Source: Burkholderiaceae bacterium
GTDB lineage: Bacteria > Pseudomonadota > Gammaproteobacteria > Burkholderiales > Burkholderiaceae_C
Assembly: GCA_035764445.1 (NCBI GenBank)
Contig: DASTZF010000248.1
Coordinates: 8,668 to 72,667, forward strand
DNA: 64,000 nt
Reading direction: 5' to 3'
This document shows positions 1-9,907 of the stretch, one piece after another. The position numbers and the translations under genes were made by a program. The notes under the pieces are model-generated. The model had not been told where the DNA came from, made no database searches, and worked only from the letters and a program-made list of their open reading frames with translations. Position 1 is the first letter of the stretch, and each line of letters opens with the position of its first letter.

Positions 1-609
1 CGACACCGCGATCGTGCTGCGTTCGAGCCGCTCCCCGGCGCGCAGCGCGTCGATCCAGCTCGCGGTGGTCACCACCGCGGCGAAACGCGAATGCAGCACG
101 ACGCTGAACACCCGGTGAATGTCCGCGGCGCTGGCGAAGCCGGCGGCGTTGCGGTACGGCACCGCGCCGCTGGCATCGACCAGGAACTCGACCGCGAGGC
201 CGCGGTGCAGCGCGTCGATGATCGTCGAGGCGTCGCAGTTGTGCGTCATGTAGCCGCACACCGTCAGCGTATCGACGTCGCGCTCGGCGAGCCACTCGGC
301 GAGCCCGGTTTCGGTGAAGGCACCGGGCAGTGTCTTGTGCAGCAGGTGGTCGTGCCGCCTCGTGGCCACCACCGGATGCAGCGCGTGACCGTCGGACCCG
401 AGCGCGAACAGCGGTGCCGTCGGGGCCGCATCGTTCTGCACCACCACCACCGGCACGCCGGCGGCGTGGGCCGCATCGATGGCGCGGCCGATCTGCGTCA
501 GCGAGTCGTCGACCGGCGGGTGTTCGATGCGCAGGTTGCCGGTCACGTACTCGTTCTGCACGTCGATCACGATCAAGGCGCGACGCGGTGGGTGGGGGGC
601 GGTGGTCAT
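1..609 (-). CDS. Isochorismatase-family cysteine hydrolase; the C-terminal end runs off the window edge
   Basis: It is absent from the ORF track because no stop codon lies inside the window. Hand translation from the ATG (complement of 607-609) gives MTTAPHPPRRALIVIDVQNEYVTGNL...GVPVVVVQNDAAP...LTVCGYMTHNCDAST, a typical isochorismatase-like pattern. It is divergent from a GlxA-type regulator. Confidence 0.8.
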   Translation of the reverse strand, partial: MTTAPHPPRRALIVIDVQNEYVTGNLRIEHPPVDDSLTQIGRAIDAAHAAGVPVVVVQNDAAPTAPLFALGSDGHALHPVVATRRHDHLLHKTLPGAFTETGLAEWLAERDVDTLTVCGYMTHNCDASTIIDALHRGLAVEFLVDASGAVPYRNAAGFASAADIHRVFSVVLHSRFAAVVTTASWIDALRAGERLERSTIAVS

Positions 610-701
610 GCGGTCTTCCCGAGAGTCGATGGGCACGATCGTCGGTGCGTGACGGCACACCTGCCAGTGGCCCAAAAGACAACTTTCGATAGAATCGGGC
701 C

Positions 702-1730
702 ATGCCGATGTCAGTTGCAACGCGGTCCGTTCCGGCCGCGCCGTCAGCTCGCCCGCGGCCCGGCCCGCGGTCGATGCCGCGTCGCATCGCGGTGGTCGCG
801 TTCGAGGGCATCGGCCCGTTCCCGCTCGCGGCGCCCTGTCTGGTGTTCGGCGAAGACCGGCGCGACCAGGGGATGCCGCGCTTCGACTTCGTCGTTTGCG
901 CGGTGCAGCCCGGCGTGCTGCAGACGTCGGCGGGCTTCTCGATCGACGTGCGCCACGGCCTCTCGGCGCTGCGTCAGGCGGACGTCGTCATCGTCCCGAC
1001 GTGGCGCAACCTGGACCAGCCGCCGCCGCCGCGCCTGTTGCAGGCGCTGCGCGACGCGCACGCGCGCGGCGCCACCGTGGTGGGCCTGTGCCTGGGGGCG
1101 TTCGTGGTCGCGGCCGCCGGACTGCTCGATGGCCGGCGCGCGACCACGCATTGGCACTGGGCGCCGGCATTCGCGGCGCGCTTTCCGGCGGTGCAACTCG
1201 ACCCGTCGGTGCTCTATGTCGACGAGGACCGGGTCGTCACGTCGGCCGGCACCGCGGCCAGCCTCGATTGCTGTCTGCACCTGCTGCGCCGCTGGTGCGG
1301 CGCCGACGTGGCCAACCGCGTCGCGCGGCGCATGGTGGTGGCGCCGCACCGCCGCGGCGGGCAGGCTCAGTTCATCGAACAGCCGCTGCCGCCCACCGAC
1401 GCCGACGCGCGGCTGCACGACCTGATGAGCTGGATGCTGTCGCACATCGGCGAGCGGCACGACCTCGATGCGCTGGCGCGCCGCGTCAGCATGAGCCGGC
1501 GCACCTTCACGCGGCAGTTCAACCGGGCCACCGGCAGCAGCGTGGTGCAGTGGCTGACGCACCAGCGCCTGACGCTGGCGGGCCGGCTGCTCGAGGCCAC
1601 GGACCGGCCGCTGGAATCGATCGCCGGCGACGCAGGCTTCGGCTCGGCGCTGTCGCTGCGCCAGCATTTCGCTGCGCGCTTCGGCGTCTCGCCGGCTGCC
1701 TATCGACGGCAGTACCGCGCCGCGGCGTAG
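702..1730 (+). CDS. GlxA-family transcriptional regulator (DJ-1/PfpI-like domain plus AraC-type HTH)
   Basis: RRIAVVAFEGIGPF and VVGLCLGAFVVAAAGLLDGRRATTHW mark the DJ-1/PfpI-like part. The C-terminal AraC HTH reads SMSRRTFTRQFNRATGSSVVQWLTHQRL...LRQHFAARFGVSPAAYRR. The ATG at 774 (MPRRIAVV) is an equally plausible start. Confidence 0.85.
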   Translation: MPMSVATRSVPAAPSARPRPGPRSMPRRIAVVAFEGIGPFPLAAPCLVFGEDRRDQGMPRFDFVVCAVQPGVLQTSAGFSIDVRHGLSALRQADVVIVPTWRNLDQPPPPRLLQALRDAHARGATVVGLCLGAFVVAAAGLLDGRRATTHWHWAPAFAARFPAVQLDPSVLYVDEDRVVTSAGTAASLDCCLHLLRRWCGADVANRVARRMVVAPHRRGGQAQFIEQPLPPTDADARLHDLMSWMLSHIGERHDLDALARRVSMSRRTFTRQFNRATGSSVVQWLTHQRLTLAGRLLEATDRPLESIAGDAGFGSALSLRQHFAARFGVSPAAYRRQYRAAA

Positions 1731-1755
1731 GTGGCAGCCCGGGTTGTTTGTGGCC

Positions 1756-1965
1756 TCAGTGGCCGCGGGCCACGGTCTCGCCGGCCTTCAGCCGGTATTC
1801 GGTGCCGCAGTAGGGGCACTGCCCCACGCCTTCGGTGACGACGTCAATGAACACCCGCGGGTGATTGCTCCACAGCGGCATCTTCGGATTGGGGCAGAAG
1901 ACGACGCCCGGACCTTGCAGATCCTTGGCGGCCACTTCGACGATGGCTTTGGGCTGTGCGCTCAT
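1756..1965 (-). CDS. Small zinc-finger (zf-CHCC-like) protein
   Basis: This 69-aa ORF has VVFCPNP...GQCPYCGTEY, a CxxxxH/CxxC-type zinc-ribbon pattern. Third codon positions are GC-rich. Confidence 0.7.
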   Translation of the reverse strand: MSAQPKAIVEVAAKDLQGPGVVFCPNPKMPLWSNHPRVFIDVVTEGVGQCPYCGTEYRLKAGETVARGH

Positions 1966-2035
1966 TGGGGCACCCTCGGCGCCGCGCGCCGTCCCGCCGA
2001 GCGGGAATGAGCCCCTTCGGGCGGCAGGGCGGGGC

Positions 2036-2959
2036 TCATACCGCGGTCAGCCACTCGGCGTACTTGCCGTTGCGGCCGTTGACGATGTCGAAGAAGGCGT
2101 TCTGGATCTTGGTGGTCAGCGGGCCGCGCTCGCCGGCGCCCAAGGTCACGCGGTCGTACTCGCGGATCGGCGTCACTTCGGCGGCGGTGCCGGTGAAGAA
2201 CGCTTCGTCGCTGATGTAGACCTCGTCGCGGGTGATGCGCTTCTCGACTATTCTGACCCCGAGGTCGGAACAGATCGAGAAGATCGTGTTGCGCGTGATG
2301 CCGTTGAGCGCGCCGGCCGACAGGTCGGGTGTGTAGACCACGCCGCCCTTGACGATGAACAGGTTCTCGCCGGCACCCTCGCTGACGAAGCCGGCCGAGT
2401 CGAGCAGCATCGCTTCGTCGTAGCCGTCTTCGGTGGCCTCGACGTTGGCGAGGATCGAGTTGGTGTAGTTGCTGACCGCCTTGGCCTGCGTCATGGTGAT
2501 GTTGACGTGGTGGCGCGTGTAGCTCGACGTCTTGACGCGGATGCCCTTCTTCAGCCCTTCTTCGCCGAGGTAGGCGCCCCACGGCCACGCCGCGATCATC
2601 AGGTGGATCGTGTTGCCCTTGGGGCTGACGCCGAGCTTTTCGTCACCGATCCAGGCCAGCGGCCTCAGGTAGCAGCTGTCGAGCTTGTTGGCGCGCACGA
2701 CTTCTCGCTGCGCCTCGCACACCTGCTCAAAGCTGTACGGCACCTTCATGCGCAGGATCTTGGCCGAGTTGAACAGGCGCTCGGTGTGCTCGCGCAGCCG
2801 GAAGATCGCCGTACCCTTGACGGTCTTGTACGCGCGCACGCCCTCGAAGACACCGCAGCCGTAGTGCAGCGTGTGCGTCAGCACGTGGATCTTGGCGTCA
2901 CGCCAGTCGACCAGCTTGCCGTCGAACCAGATCTTGCCGTCACGGTCGGACATCGACAT
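2036..2959 (-). CDS. ilvE: Branched-chain-amino-acid aminotransferase
   Basis: The 307-aa product reads IWFDGKLVDWRDAKIHVLTHTLHYGCGVFEGVRAY...ENLFIVKGGVVYTP...GITR, the classic class IV aminotransferase IlvE pattern. Confidence 0.95.
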   Translation of the reverse strand: MSMSDRDGKIWFDGKLVDWRDAKIHVLTHTLHYGCGVFEGVRAYKTVKGTAIFRLREHTERLFNSAKILRMKVPYSFEQVCEAQREVVRANKLDSCYLRPLAWIGDEKLGVSPKGNTIHLMIAAWPWGAYLGEEGLKKGIRVKTSSYTRHHVNITMTQAKAVSNYTNSILANVEATEDGYDEAMLLDSAGFVSEGAGENLFIVKGGVVYTPDLSAGALNGITRNTIFSICSDLGVRIVEKRITRDEVYISDEAFFTGTAAEVTPIREYDRVTLGAGERGPLTTKIQNAFFDIVNGRNGKYAEWLTAV

Positions 2960-3080
2960 CGGAGTACCTTCGTTGATTCACATCTCGGAGAGGCATTCTA
3001 GGCTGCCCATCCAGCCCGGCGGCATGCAGGTCGCCGGTCCGACGCCCGGCACTCGCGAGCCGCCGGCGCTCGGTCCGGGC

Positions 3081-4385
3081 TCAGCCCTCGAACAGCCGCC
3101 GCGCATGCACGCCGAGCCCGCTGGCGACGCTGGCAAAGCGGTCGCCTCTCACGACCTGCGCCTGCGGCGCCACCGCGGCGATCGCGGTCACCAGCGGCTG
3201 CAGGCCGGTGGAGCCGCCGGTGAAGTACATCGCGTCGAGGCGCTGCGGCTTCAGACCGGCCTGTGTCAGCGCATCGCGCGCCGCACCGACGATGCGCGCG
3301 CGGTCGGCGACGATCGAGTCCATCGCCTGCGCCTCGCGCAGCAGCGTGGCCAGCCCCGGCTCGACGACGTGCAGGTCGATCGGCGTGGCGGGCGCCGACG
3401 ACACCGCGATCTTGGCGTCCTCGGCGCGCGCGGCCAGCGCATGCCCGAGCCGGCGCGTGAGGATCGTCATCAGCCGCGCATGCAGGCGCTCGTCGGCGTA
3501 CCACTCGCGCATGCCGCGCAGTTCGAGCACGCGGGCGGGGGTGTAGCAAGTGTTGATGAGGTGCCAGGTCGCGAGGTCGAAGTAGATTCCGCTCGGCACC
3601 TCGCGCGGCGCGCCACCGTCGGCGCGCGGCGGGCCGACCGTGCCGTATCCGGCCAGCGGCAGGATGCAGGTGAGTTCGATGCGGCGGTCGAAGTCGGTGC
3701 CCGCCACGTGCACGCCGTGGTTGGCGAGGATGTCGTCACGGCGGTCCAGCCGCGTGCGCTGCCGTGGGCCGACGCGCACGACGCTGAAGTCCGATGTGCC
3801 GCCGCCGATGTCGGCCACCAGCACGGTCTGCTCGCGCTGCACCGTCTGTTCGAAGTCGAACGCGGCGGCGATCGGCTCGAACTGGAACTGCACGTCGGCG
3901 AAGCCGACCTCGCGCGCGACCCGTGCCATCGCATCCTGCGCGGCGGCATCGCGCGCTGCATCGTCGTCGACGAAGAACACCGGCCGCCCGATCACCGCGC
4001 GTTCGATCGCCGTGCCTGCGCGCGCCTCGGCCTTGGCTTTCAGGTGGCGCAGGTAGCTGCCGATGACGTCGATGTAGCGCACCGAGTGGCCGCCGCCGAC
4101 CTCGGTGCTGCGCTCGACGAGGTCGGAGCCGAGGATGCTCTTCATCGAGCGCATCAGGCGGCCCTCGTGGCCCTCGACGTAGGCCGCGATTGCGGCGCGG
4201 CCGTACAGCCGCTGCGGCTGCTGATGGACGGCCAGCCCTTCGACGACGTAGAAGACGGCGGTCGGCATGCCGGTGAAGGCGTCTTCGAGCGCCACCAACT
4301 CGACGCCGTGACCGGCGCGCGCGGGCAGCGTCACCGCCGAGTTGCTGGTGCCGAAGTCGATCGCGCAATGCGTGAGTTGCGCCAT
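3081..4385 (-). CDS. yegD: Hsp70-family protein, YegD-like
   Basis: CAIDFGTSNSAV (phosphate-1 motif), AVIGRPVFF, FQFEPIAAAFDFE and LVADIGGGTSDFSVV align by eye with E. coli YegD and the actin-like ATPase fold. Confidence 0.85.
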   Translation of the reverse strand: MAQLTHCAIDFGTSNSAVTLPARAGHGVELVALEDAFTGMPTAVFYVVEGLAVHQQPQRLYGRAAIAAYVEGHEGRLMRSMKSILGSDLVERSTEVGGGHSVRYIDVIGSYLRHLKAKAEARAGTAIERAVIGRPVFFVDDDAARDAAAQDAMARVAREVGFADVQFQFEPIAAAFDFEQTVQREQTVLVADIGGGTSDFSVVRVGPRQRTRLDRRDDILANHGVHVAGTDFDRRIELTCILPLAGYGTVGPPRADGGAPREVPSGIYFDLATWHLINTCYTPARVLELRGMREWYADERLHARLMTILTRRLGHALAARAEDAKIAVSSAPATPIDLHVVEPGLATLLREAQAMDSIVADRARIVGAARDALTQAGLKPQRLDAMYFTGGSTGLQPLVTAIAAVAPQAQVVRGDRFASVASGLGVHARRLFEG

Positions 4386-4471
4386 GGTGCTGGCCGCGGC
4401 AGCCGTGCGGGCGCCGCCACGGATTCGTTTGAGGGAGCGCGATTCTGCGGTGTCTTCAGCCGCCGCGTCGG

Positions 4472-5455
4472 CTACTGGAGCACTTCGTCGGCCATGACCA
4501 ACAGCCTGGGCGGCAGTTTCAGCCCCAGCTCACGAGCGACCCTGGCGTTGATCACGAACTCGAACCGCGTCGGCCGCAACACGGGTAGCTCCGACGGCCG
4601 CGCACCCTGCAGGATGCGCCCCGCGTAGACGCCCACGTCACGGTAGGCGTCGAGCAGGCTGGCGCCATAGCTCATCAAGCCGCCACCGGCGGGGAACTCA
4701 CGGATGTGGTAGATCGCAGGCACCCGATGCTGGGCGGCCAGCGCGACGACCTGGTCGCGCTGCGAGTCGAAGTACGGGTCGTTCTGCACCACCAACGCGC
4801 GGGCACGGTTGGCGGCCATCGCGGCGAACGCGTCGGCCAGGTTCTGGCCCGCCGTGCTGCGCAAGACCAGCAGCGGATGACCGAGGGTCTTGGCGGCGTG
4901 CTCGACGTCGTGCTGGCTGGCTACGGAGCCCGGGTTGTGAGGGTTGAGGAGAAACGCAACCAGAGCCTTGTCGGGCACCCCCTCGCACAACAGCGCGAGC
5001 CGTTTGCCATTCAGTTGGCTGGTGATGAAGGTGACGCCGGTCAGGTTGCCGCTTGGCCGGTTCATGCGCGTGACCAGCCCCGCCTCGATCGGATCGTCAC
5101 CCTCGAGGAACACGATTGGAACGGTCTGGGTCGCTTCCTTGGCGGCGAGCGCGGCCGGCAGTCCGCCGACCGCGACCAGGACATCGACATGTCGGCCGAG
5201 CAGCTCCTTGGCTTGCGCGGACAAGCGGTCGTAGTGCCCCCGCGCCCAGCGCTCCTCGATCGTGACGCTTCCCGAGTCCTCGAAGCCCTGCTCGGCGAGT
5301 CCGCGACGAAAGGCTGCCAGGTGAGGCGCGGCTTCCTCGGGTGAGCGGCTCGACAGAAAGCCGACCACCGGCGGCGACGCCCGCTGCGACCGTACGATCG
5401 GCACGAACGGCAGCCAGGCGCACGCTGCAACGAAGTGGATGGCGCGTCGCCTCAT
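4472..5455 (-). CDS. ABC transporter substrate-binding protein (ABC_sub_bind type)
   Basis: The start is taken at the internal ATG (complement of 5453-5455), MRRRAIHFVAACAWL (signal peptide), followed by VVGFLSSRSPEE...LVAVGGLPAALAAKEAT..IPIVF...NLTGVTF. The longer track ORF (to 5683) has an Arg/Ser-rich artefactual N-terminus. Confidence 0.8.
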   Translation of the reverse strand: MRRRAIHFVAACAWLPFVPIVRSQRASPPVVGFLSSRSPEEAAPHLAAFRRGLAEQGFEDSGSVTIEERWARGHYDRLSAQAKELLGRHVDVLVAVGGLPAALAAKEATQTVPIVFLEGDDPIEAGLVTRMNRPSGNLTGVTFITSQLNGKRLALLCEGVPDKALVAFLLNPHNPGSVASQHDVEHAAKTLGHPLLVLRSTAGQNLADAFAAMAANRARALVVQNDPYFDSQRDQVVALAAQHRVPAIYHIREFPAGGGLMSYGASLLDAYRDVGVYAGRILQGARPSELPVLRPTRFEFVINARVARELGLKLPPRLLVMADEVLQ

Positions 5456-5495
5456 GGCGCGACCGAAGCTGTGACTTGTGCTGCCACGGCGGTGG

Positions 5496-6365
5496 CTACT
5501 CGATGTACTGCGGCGCGTGCGGAATGGTCGCGTTCTGCTCGCTGTCGTGGTTGATCCACAGCAGCGAGCGCTCCGACAGCAGCAGCTTCCCGATGCGGTC
5601 CATCGAGGCGATCGATTGCTCCTTGTTGAAGTTGAAGCCGGGGACTCGGCGCTGATCGAAGTTCTCCTTGAAGTGCGCGGCATCGCCCGATAGCACCAGC
5701 GTGCCGGTCTTGGCCAGCCGCAGCAGCAGCGACTGGTGTCCTGGCGTGTGTCCGGGCGTCGACAGGATCACCACCGACGCGTCGCCGAACACGTCCGTGT
5801 CGCCGTTGCGCTTGACCACCCGGCTGTTGCGCAGCTTGTCGTACAGCGCCGGGTTGAAGCCGAACTTCGCGGGGTCGGGGCCGAACATCGCGTCGTACTC
5901 GGGCTGCTGGATGTACAGCGTGGCGTTGGCGAACAGGTTCGCGTTGCCCACGTGGTCGGCGTGCGCGTGCGAGAACGCGAGGTAGGTGATCTGCTCGGGC
6001 GCCACGCGCAGCTCGGCGAGCTGCGACGCCAAGGTCTTGGTGCGCTTCGCGCGCACGCCGCGGTTGCCGAGTAGGCCGTCGGGGTTGTCAGCCAGCGAGT
6101 CGGCGTAGCCCGAGTCCCACAGCATCCAGTCGTTGCCGTGGCGGATCAGGTAGCAGTTGTCGCTGAAGACCATCGGCTTGCCGACGTTGAACCCGGGCGA
6201 CCACGGTGAGACGTCGGGGATGTGTGCCTCGCCGCAATACAGCACGTACAGGCGCAGCCGCGGTGCGCCGGTGCCGGCGACGTTGCCGGTCGGGGTGGTG
6301 GTGCAGGCGACCAGCACGGTCAGCAGCGCCAGTGCGCACAGCACGAGGCTTCGAATCAGTCGCAT
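5496..6365 (-). CDS. Metallo-beta-lactamase-fold hydrolase, N-acyl-homoserine-lactonase-like, predicted lipoprotein
   Basis: It has the HxHxDH motif (FSHAHADHVG) and TPGHTPGH. The N-terminus MRLIRSLVLCALALLTVLVAC carries a lipobox. AAGGAG lies 6 nt upstream of the ATG at 6365. Confidence 0.8.
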   Translation of the reverse strand: MRLIRSLVLCALALLTVLVACTTTPTGNVAGTGAPRLRLYVLYCGEAHIPDVSPWSPGFNVGKPMVFSDNCYLIRHGNDWMLWDSGYADSLADNPDGLLGNRGVRAKRTKTLASQLAELRVAPEQITYLAFSHAHADHVGNANLFANATLYIQQPEYDAMFGPDPAKFGFNPALYDKLRNSRVVKRNGDTDVFGDASVVILSTPGHTPGHQSLLLRLAKTGTLVLSGDAAHFKENFDQRRVPGFNFNKEQSIASMDRIGKLLLSERSLLWINHDSEQNATIPHAPQYIE

Positions 6366-6444
6366 CGTCGGCTCCTTCATCTCAAGCGGTACGTCGAGCT
6401 CGCGCGCCTGCCGGCGCATCTGCAGGAAGCGTCGCGGGTTGCCG

Positions 6445-6843
6445 TCATGCGCTCTCCCGCGCCGGTGCGGCGTCGGCGCGCTGCAGCTCCCAGCGCGTGA
6501 GCTTGCCCTCAACCAGCTCGATGCGCACGGCGTCGCCGCCCGCGTCACGCCATTCGAACACCTCGGGATCGTCGTCGCACTTGACGCCGAGGCTCTTGGT
6601 CAGCGCCAGGATCTGCGGCAGTCGCTGGCCGTGCTGCAGCCGCGCGTGCAGCATCACCGCGTTGTCGATGTGACCGACGGGCGCTCGGCCCGCCTTGCGC
6701 AGCACCCGCAGCGCGCGACTGAACTGCAGCAGCAGCCAGAACACGATCAACGTCACCGCCAGCACGACGCCAGGCCAGCCCCATTGCCAGTACCCCATCG
6801 CCAGTGCGGCGCCGGCGAGCAGCCAGCCGACCGCGACGTTCAC
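6445..6843 (-). CDS. Hypothetical small membrane protein
   Basis: The 132-aa ORF has two N-terminal hydrophobic helices (VGWLLAGAALAMGYWQWGWPGVVLAVTLIVFWLLL) and a soluble C-terminal part. The start is ambiguous: GTG at 6843 or ATG at 6798. Confidence 0.55.
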   Translation of the reverse strand: MNVAVGWLLAGAALAMGYWQWGWPGVVLAVTLIVFWLLLQFSRALRVLRKAGRAPVGHIDNAVMLHARLQHGQRLPQILALTKSLGVKCDDDPEVFEWRDAGGDAVRIELVEGKLTRWELQRADAAPARESA

Positions 6844-6979
6844 GCGGCCCCCGGCGCGGCGCTCGCGCGAGCGAAATTGGACGGCGAGCGGATCCGCATC
6901 GGTGTCAGGTTGCGCCGCGCGGCCGCGTGCCGCAGCGGGGCGCGAGCATACCGCGCGCGGCTTGCGCCCGCAGCGCGCG

Positions 6980-8362
6980 CTACAAACCGCGCACCACCTC
7001 GATCGCTTCTTCGATGCGCTCCACGGCGTGGATCGTCAGCCCTTCGAACGCGCGCGCATCGCCGTCGCGCGCCGCCTTCGGTGCGTTGGCCTTGGGCACC
7101 ACGGCGACCGCGAAGCCGAGCTTGGCCGCCTCGCGCAGCCGCTCCTGCCCGCGCGGCGCGGGTCGCACCTCGCCGGCCAGCCCGACCTCGCCGAACGCGA
7201 GAAAGCCGCGCGGCAGCGGCTTGCCGCGCAGCGAGCCGTGGATCGCCAGCAGCACCGCGAGGTCGGCCGCCGGCTCGCCGATGCGCACGCCACCCACTGC
7301 ATTGACGAACACGTCCTGGTCCATGCACGAGACGCCGGCGTGCCGGTGCAGCACCGCCAGCAGCATCGCGAGACGGTCGCGATCGAGCCCGACCGACAGC
7401 CGGCGCGGTGCCACGCCGCCGGAATCGACCAGCGCCTGAATCTCCACCAGCAGCGGCCGCGTGCCTTCCAGCGTGACCAGCACGCACGACCCCGGCACCG
7501 GCGCACCGTGGGTGGACAGGAAGATCGCGCTCGGGTTGCTGACACCCTTCAGCCCGCGCTCGGTCATCGCGAAGACGCCGATCTCGTTGACGGCGCCGAA
7601 GCGGTTCTTGATCGCGCGCACGAGGCGGAAGCTCGAATGCGTGTCGCCCTCGAAGTACAGCACGGTGTCGACCATGTGCTCGAGCACGCGCGGCCCGGCC
7701 AGCGATCCCTCCTTGGTCACGTGGCCCACCAGCACGATCGACGTGCCGAGCGCCTTGGCGCTGCGCGTCAGCTGCGCTGCACATTCGCGCACTTGCGCCA
7801 CCGAGCCGGGCGCCGAGGTCAGCGCATCGGAGAACAGCGTCTGGATCGAGTCGATCACGCAGAAGCGCGGCTGCTCGGCTTCGATCGCCGACAGGATGCG
7901 CTCGAGCTGGATCTCGGCCAGCACCCGCACCGGCGCGGCGCTCAGGCCCAGCCGCCGCGCGCGCAGCGCGACCTGCGCACCCGACTCCTCGCCTGTCACG
8001 TACAGCACCGGCATCGTCTGCGACAGTTTCTCGGCGGCCTGCAGCAGCAGCGTCGACTTGCCGATGCCCGGGTCGCCGCCGATCAGCACCACGCCGCCTT
8101 CGACAATGCCGCCACCGAGCGGCCGGTCGAGCTCGGCCAGGCCGGTGGGCGAGCGCTCGATCTCGGCGGCCTCGATCTCCGACAGCGTGGCCACCGGTTG
8201 CATCGGCGCCATCGCCTTGTAGCGGTGGCGCGTCGCGCCGTTGCTCTCGGCGACCCCTTCCTCCAGCGTGTTCCATTCACCGCAGTGCGGGCACTTGCCG
8301 AGCCACTTGGGGCTCGTGCCGCCGCACGCGGTGCAGGTGTAGACGGTCTTGTCGCGCGCCAT
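6980..8362 (-). CDS. radA: DNA repair protein RadA
   Basis: The start is the internal ATG at 8362. The product reads MARDKTVYTCTACGGTSPKWLGKCPHCGEWNT (zinc finger), GGDPGIGKSTLLLQ (Walker A), KNRFG, and a Lon-like C-terminal domain. Confidence 0.95.
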   Translation of the reverse strand: MARDKTVYTCTACGGTSPKWLGKCPHCGEWNTLEEGVAESNGATRHRYKAMAPMQPVATLSEIEAAEIERSPTGLAELDRPLGGGIVEGGVVLIGGDPGIGKSTLLLQAAEKLSQTMPVLYVTGEESGAQVALRARRLGLSAAPVRVLAEIQLERILSAIEAEQPRFCVIDSIQTLFSDALTSAPGSVAQVRECAAQLTRSAKALGTSIVLVGHVTKEGSLAGPRVLEHMVDTVLYFEGDTHSSFRLVRAIKNRFGAVNEIGVFAMTERGLKGVSNPSAIFLSTHGAPVPGSCVLVTLEGTRPLLVEIQALVDSGGVAPRRLSVGLDRDRLAMLLAVLHRHAGVSCMDQDVFVNAVGGVRIGEPAADLAVLLAIHGSLRGKPLPRGFLAFGEVGLAGEVRPAPRGQERLREAAKLGFAVAVVPKANAPKAARDGDARAFEGLTIHAVERIEEAIEVVRGL

Positions 8363-8427
8363 GTCAGTGGCGCCCGGCCGGCCGCAGCCAGCACAGCGAG
8401 GCGCCATCGGGCAACTGCATCCATGCA

Positions 8428-9399
8428 TTGTGCGGGCAACGGGTCGCGCGCCGCGCTCGGCTAGCATGGCGGCCCTTTGCCAACGGCACCCGAGCCACCG
8501 ATCCCATCTTGACCGCACGCCTGCTCGAATCGCCCCGTGTGCTGTTCTGGGTGCCCACGCTGATCTGGGCCTCGACCTGGCACGTGATCCTGTACCAGCT
8601 GGCCGAGGCCCCGCCGCTGAACTCGGTGGCGTGGCGCTTCCTGCTGGCCGGCGTCGTGCTGCTCGGCGTGGCGGTCGCGCGCGGGCAGCCGTGGCTGCTG
8701 GCAGCGCGCTGGCACGGCTGGCTGCTGGTCACCGGCGTCGTGCAGTACAGCGTCAACTACTGGGCCGTGTACGAGGCCGAGCGCCACATTCCGAGCGGGC
8801 TGGTCGCGGTGCTGTTCTCGCTGATGGTGTTCGGCAACGCGCTGATCGGCTGGCGCGTGTTCGGCCAGCGCGTGACGCGGCGCTTCGTCGCGGCCGCCGT
8901 GTGCGGCGTGGCGGGGGTGGTGCTGATCTTCTGGCCCGAGGTGGTGGCCACCGGTGCACGCCCGCAAGCCGCGCTCGGGCTCGCGTTGGGCATGCTCGCG
9001 GTGACGTGCGCCTGCATCGGCAACGCGCTGACGCTCGTGCTGTCCAAGCGCGGCTTGAGCCTGGTGCCAATGCTCGGCTGGTGCATGACCTACGGCGCAC
9101 TGGCGCTGTGGCTGGCGGCAGCGTCGCAGGGCACGGCGTTCGCGTTCGGCGCCAGCACCGCCTGGTGGCTGTCGCTGCTGTACCTGACGCTGTTCGGTTC
9201 GGTGATCGCGTTCTTCGTCTACTTCAGGCTCGCGCAGCGCGTGGGGCCGGCGCGTGCGGCGATGACCGGCGTGATGATCCCGCCGATCGCGCTGGCGATC
9301 TCCGCTGCACTCGAAGGCTGGCAGCCGAGCGCGCTGTCATGGGCCGGCATCGCGCTGTGCCTGGGTAGCGTCTACGCAGCGACGCGGCCGTCGGCTTGA
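8428..9399 (+). CDS. EamA/DMT-family transporter
   Basis: The product is about 10 TM with two EamA-like halves (LFWVPTLIWASTWHVI...; GNALTLVLSKR...LFGSVIAFFVYFRL). The true start is probably downstream, for example TTG at 8509. Confidence 0.8.
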   Translation: MCGQRVARRARLAWRPFANGTRATDPILTARLLESPRVLFWVPTLIWASTWHVILYQLAEAPPLNSVAWRFLLAGVVLLGVAVARGQPWLLAARWHGWLLVTGVVQYSVNYWAVYEAERHIPSGLVAVLFSLMVFGNALIGWRVFGQRVTRRFVAAAVCGVAGVVLIFWPEVVATGARPQAALGLALGMLAVTCACIGNALTLVLSKRGLSLVPMLGWCMTYGALALWLAAASQGTAFAFGASTAWWLSLLYLTLFGSVIAFFVYFRLAQRVGPARAAMTGVMIPPIALAISAALEGWQPSALSWAGIALCLGSVYAATRPSA

Positions 9400-9429
9400 T
9401 CGCCTCCGCGAAACGAGCCCGCGGTCAGC

Positions 9430-9840
9430 TCACTCGTCGCGCCGCGCGCCGCGCGTGGCCTTCAGCCGCCCTTTGTGGACCTTGTCGGCCAGCCGCCGCT
9501 CGCGCGACGCCAGCGTCGGGGCGGTGGCGATGCGCTTGCGCGGCAGCGTCGCGGCGGCATCGATCAGCGAGCGCAGCCGCGCCAGCGCGGCGGCGCGGTT
9601 GCGCGGCAGGCTGCGGTGCTCCTGCGCCTTGATCGTCACCACACCGTCGCTGCCGATCCGCTGGTCGCTGAGCGCGCGCAGCCGCGCCTTCAACGCATCG
9701 GGCAGGCTCGACGCGTCGATGTCGAAGCGCAGCACGACGGCGTTGGACACCTTGTTCACGTTCTGACCGCCGGCGCCCTGGGCGCGCACGGCCTCGAAGC
9801 GCACGTCGCGCTCGTCGAGCACGAAGTGGATGCGCGGCAT
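9430..9840 (-). CDS. arfB: Alternative ribosome-rescue factor ArfB (peptidyl-tRNA hydrolase, YaeJ family)
   Basis: The 136-aa product has the GGQ motif (RAQGAGGQNVNKVSNAV) and a basic C-terminal tail (KVHKGRLKATRGARRDE). Confidence 0.9.
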   Translation of the reverse strand: MPRIHFVLDERDVRFEAVRAQGAGGQNVNKVSNAVVLRFDIDASSLPDALKARLRALSDQRIGSDGVVTIKAQEHRSLPRNRAAALARLRSLIDAAATLPRKRIATAPTLASRERRLADKVHKGRLKATRGARRDE

Positions 9841-9907
9841 CAGTCGGCGCCGCGCCGCGCGCGGCCGAGGGCCGGCAGATGAACGGCAGCATGCGCAGCG
9901 GGAGTGG

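Noticed and set aside
91-1425. A 444-aa plus-strand ORF at the window start
   Set aside because: It is antisense to the isochorismatase-like gene and out of frame with the GlxA-like gene. The sequence is Arg-rich and motif-free.
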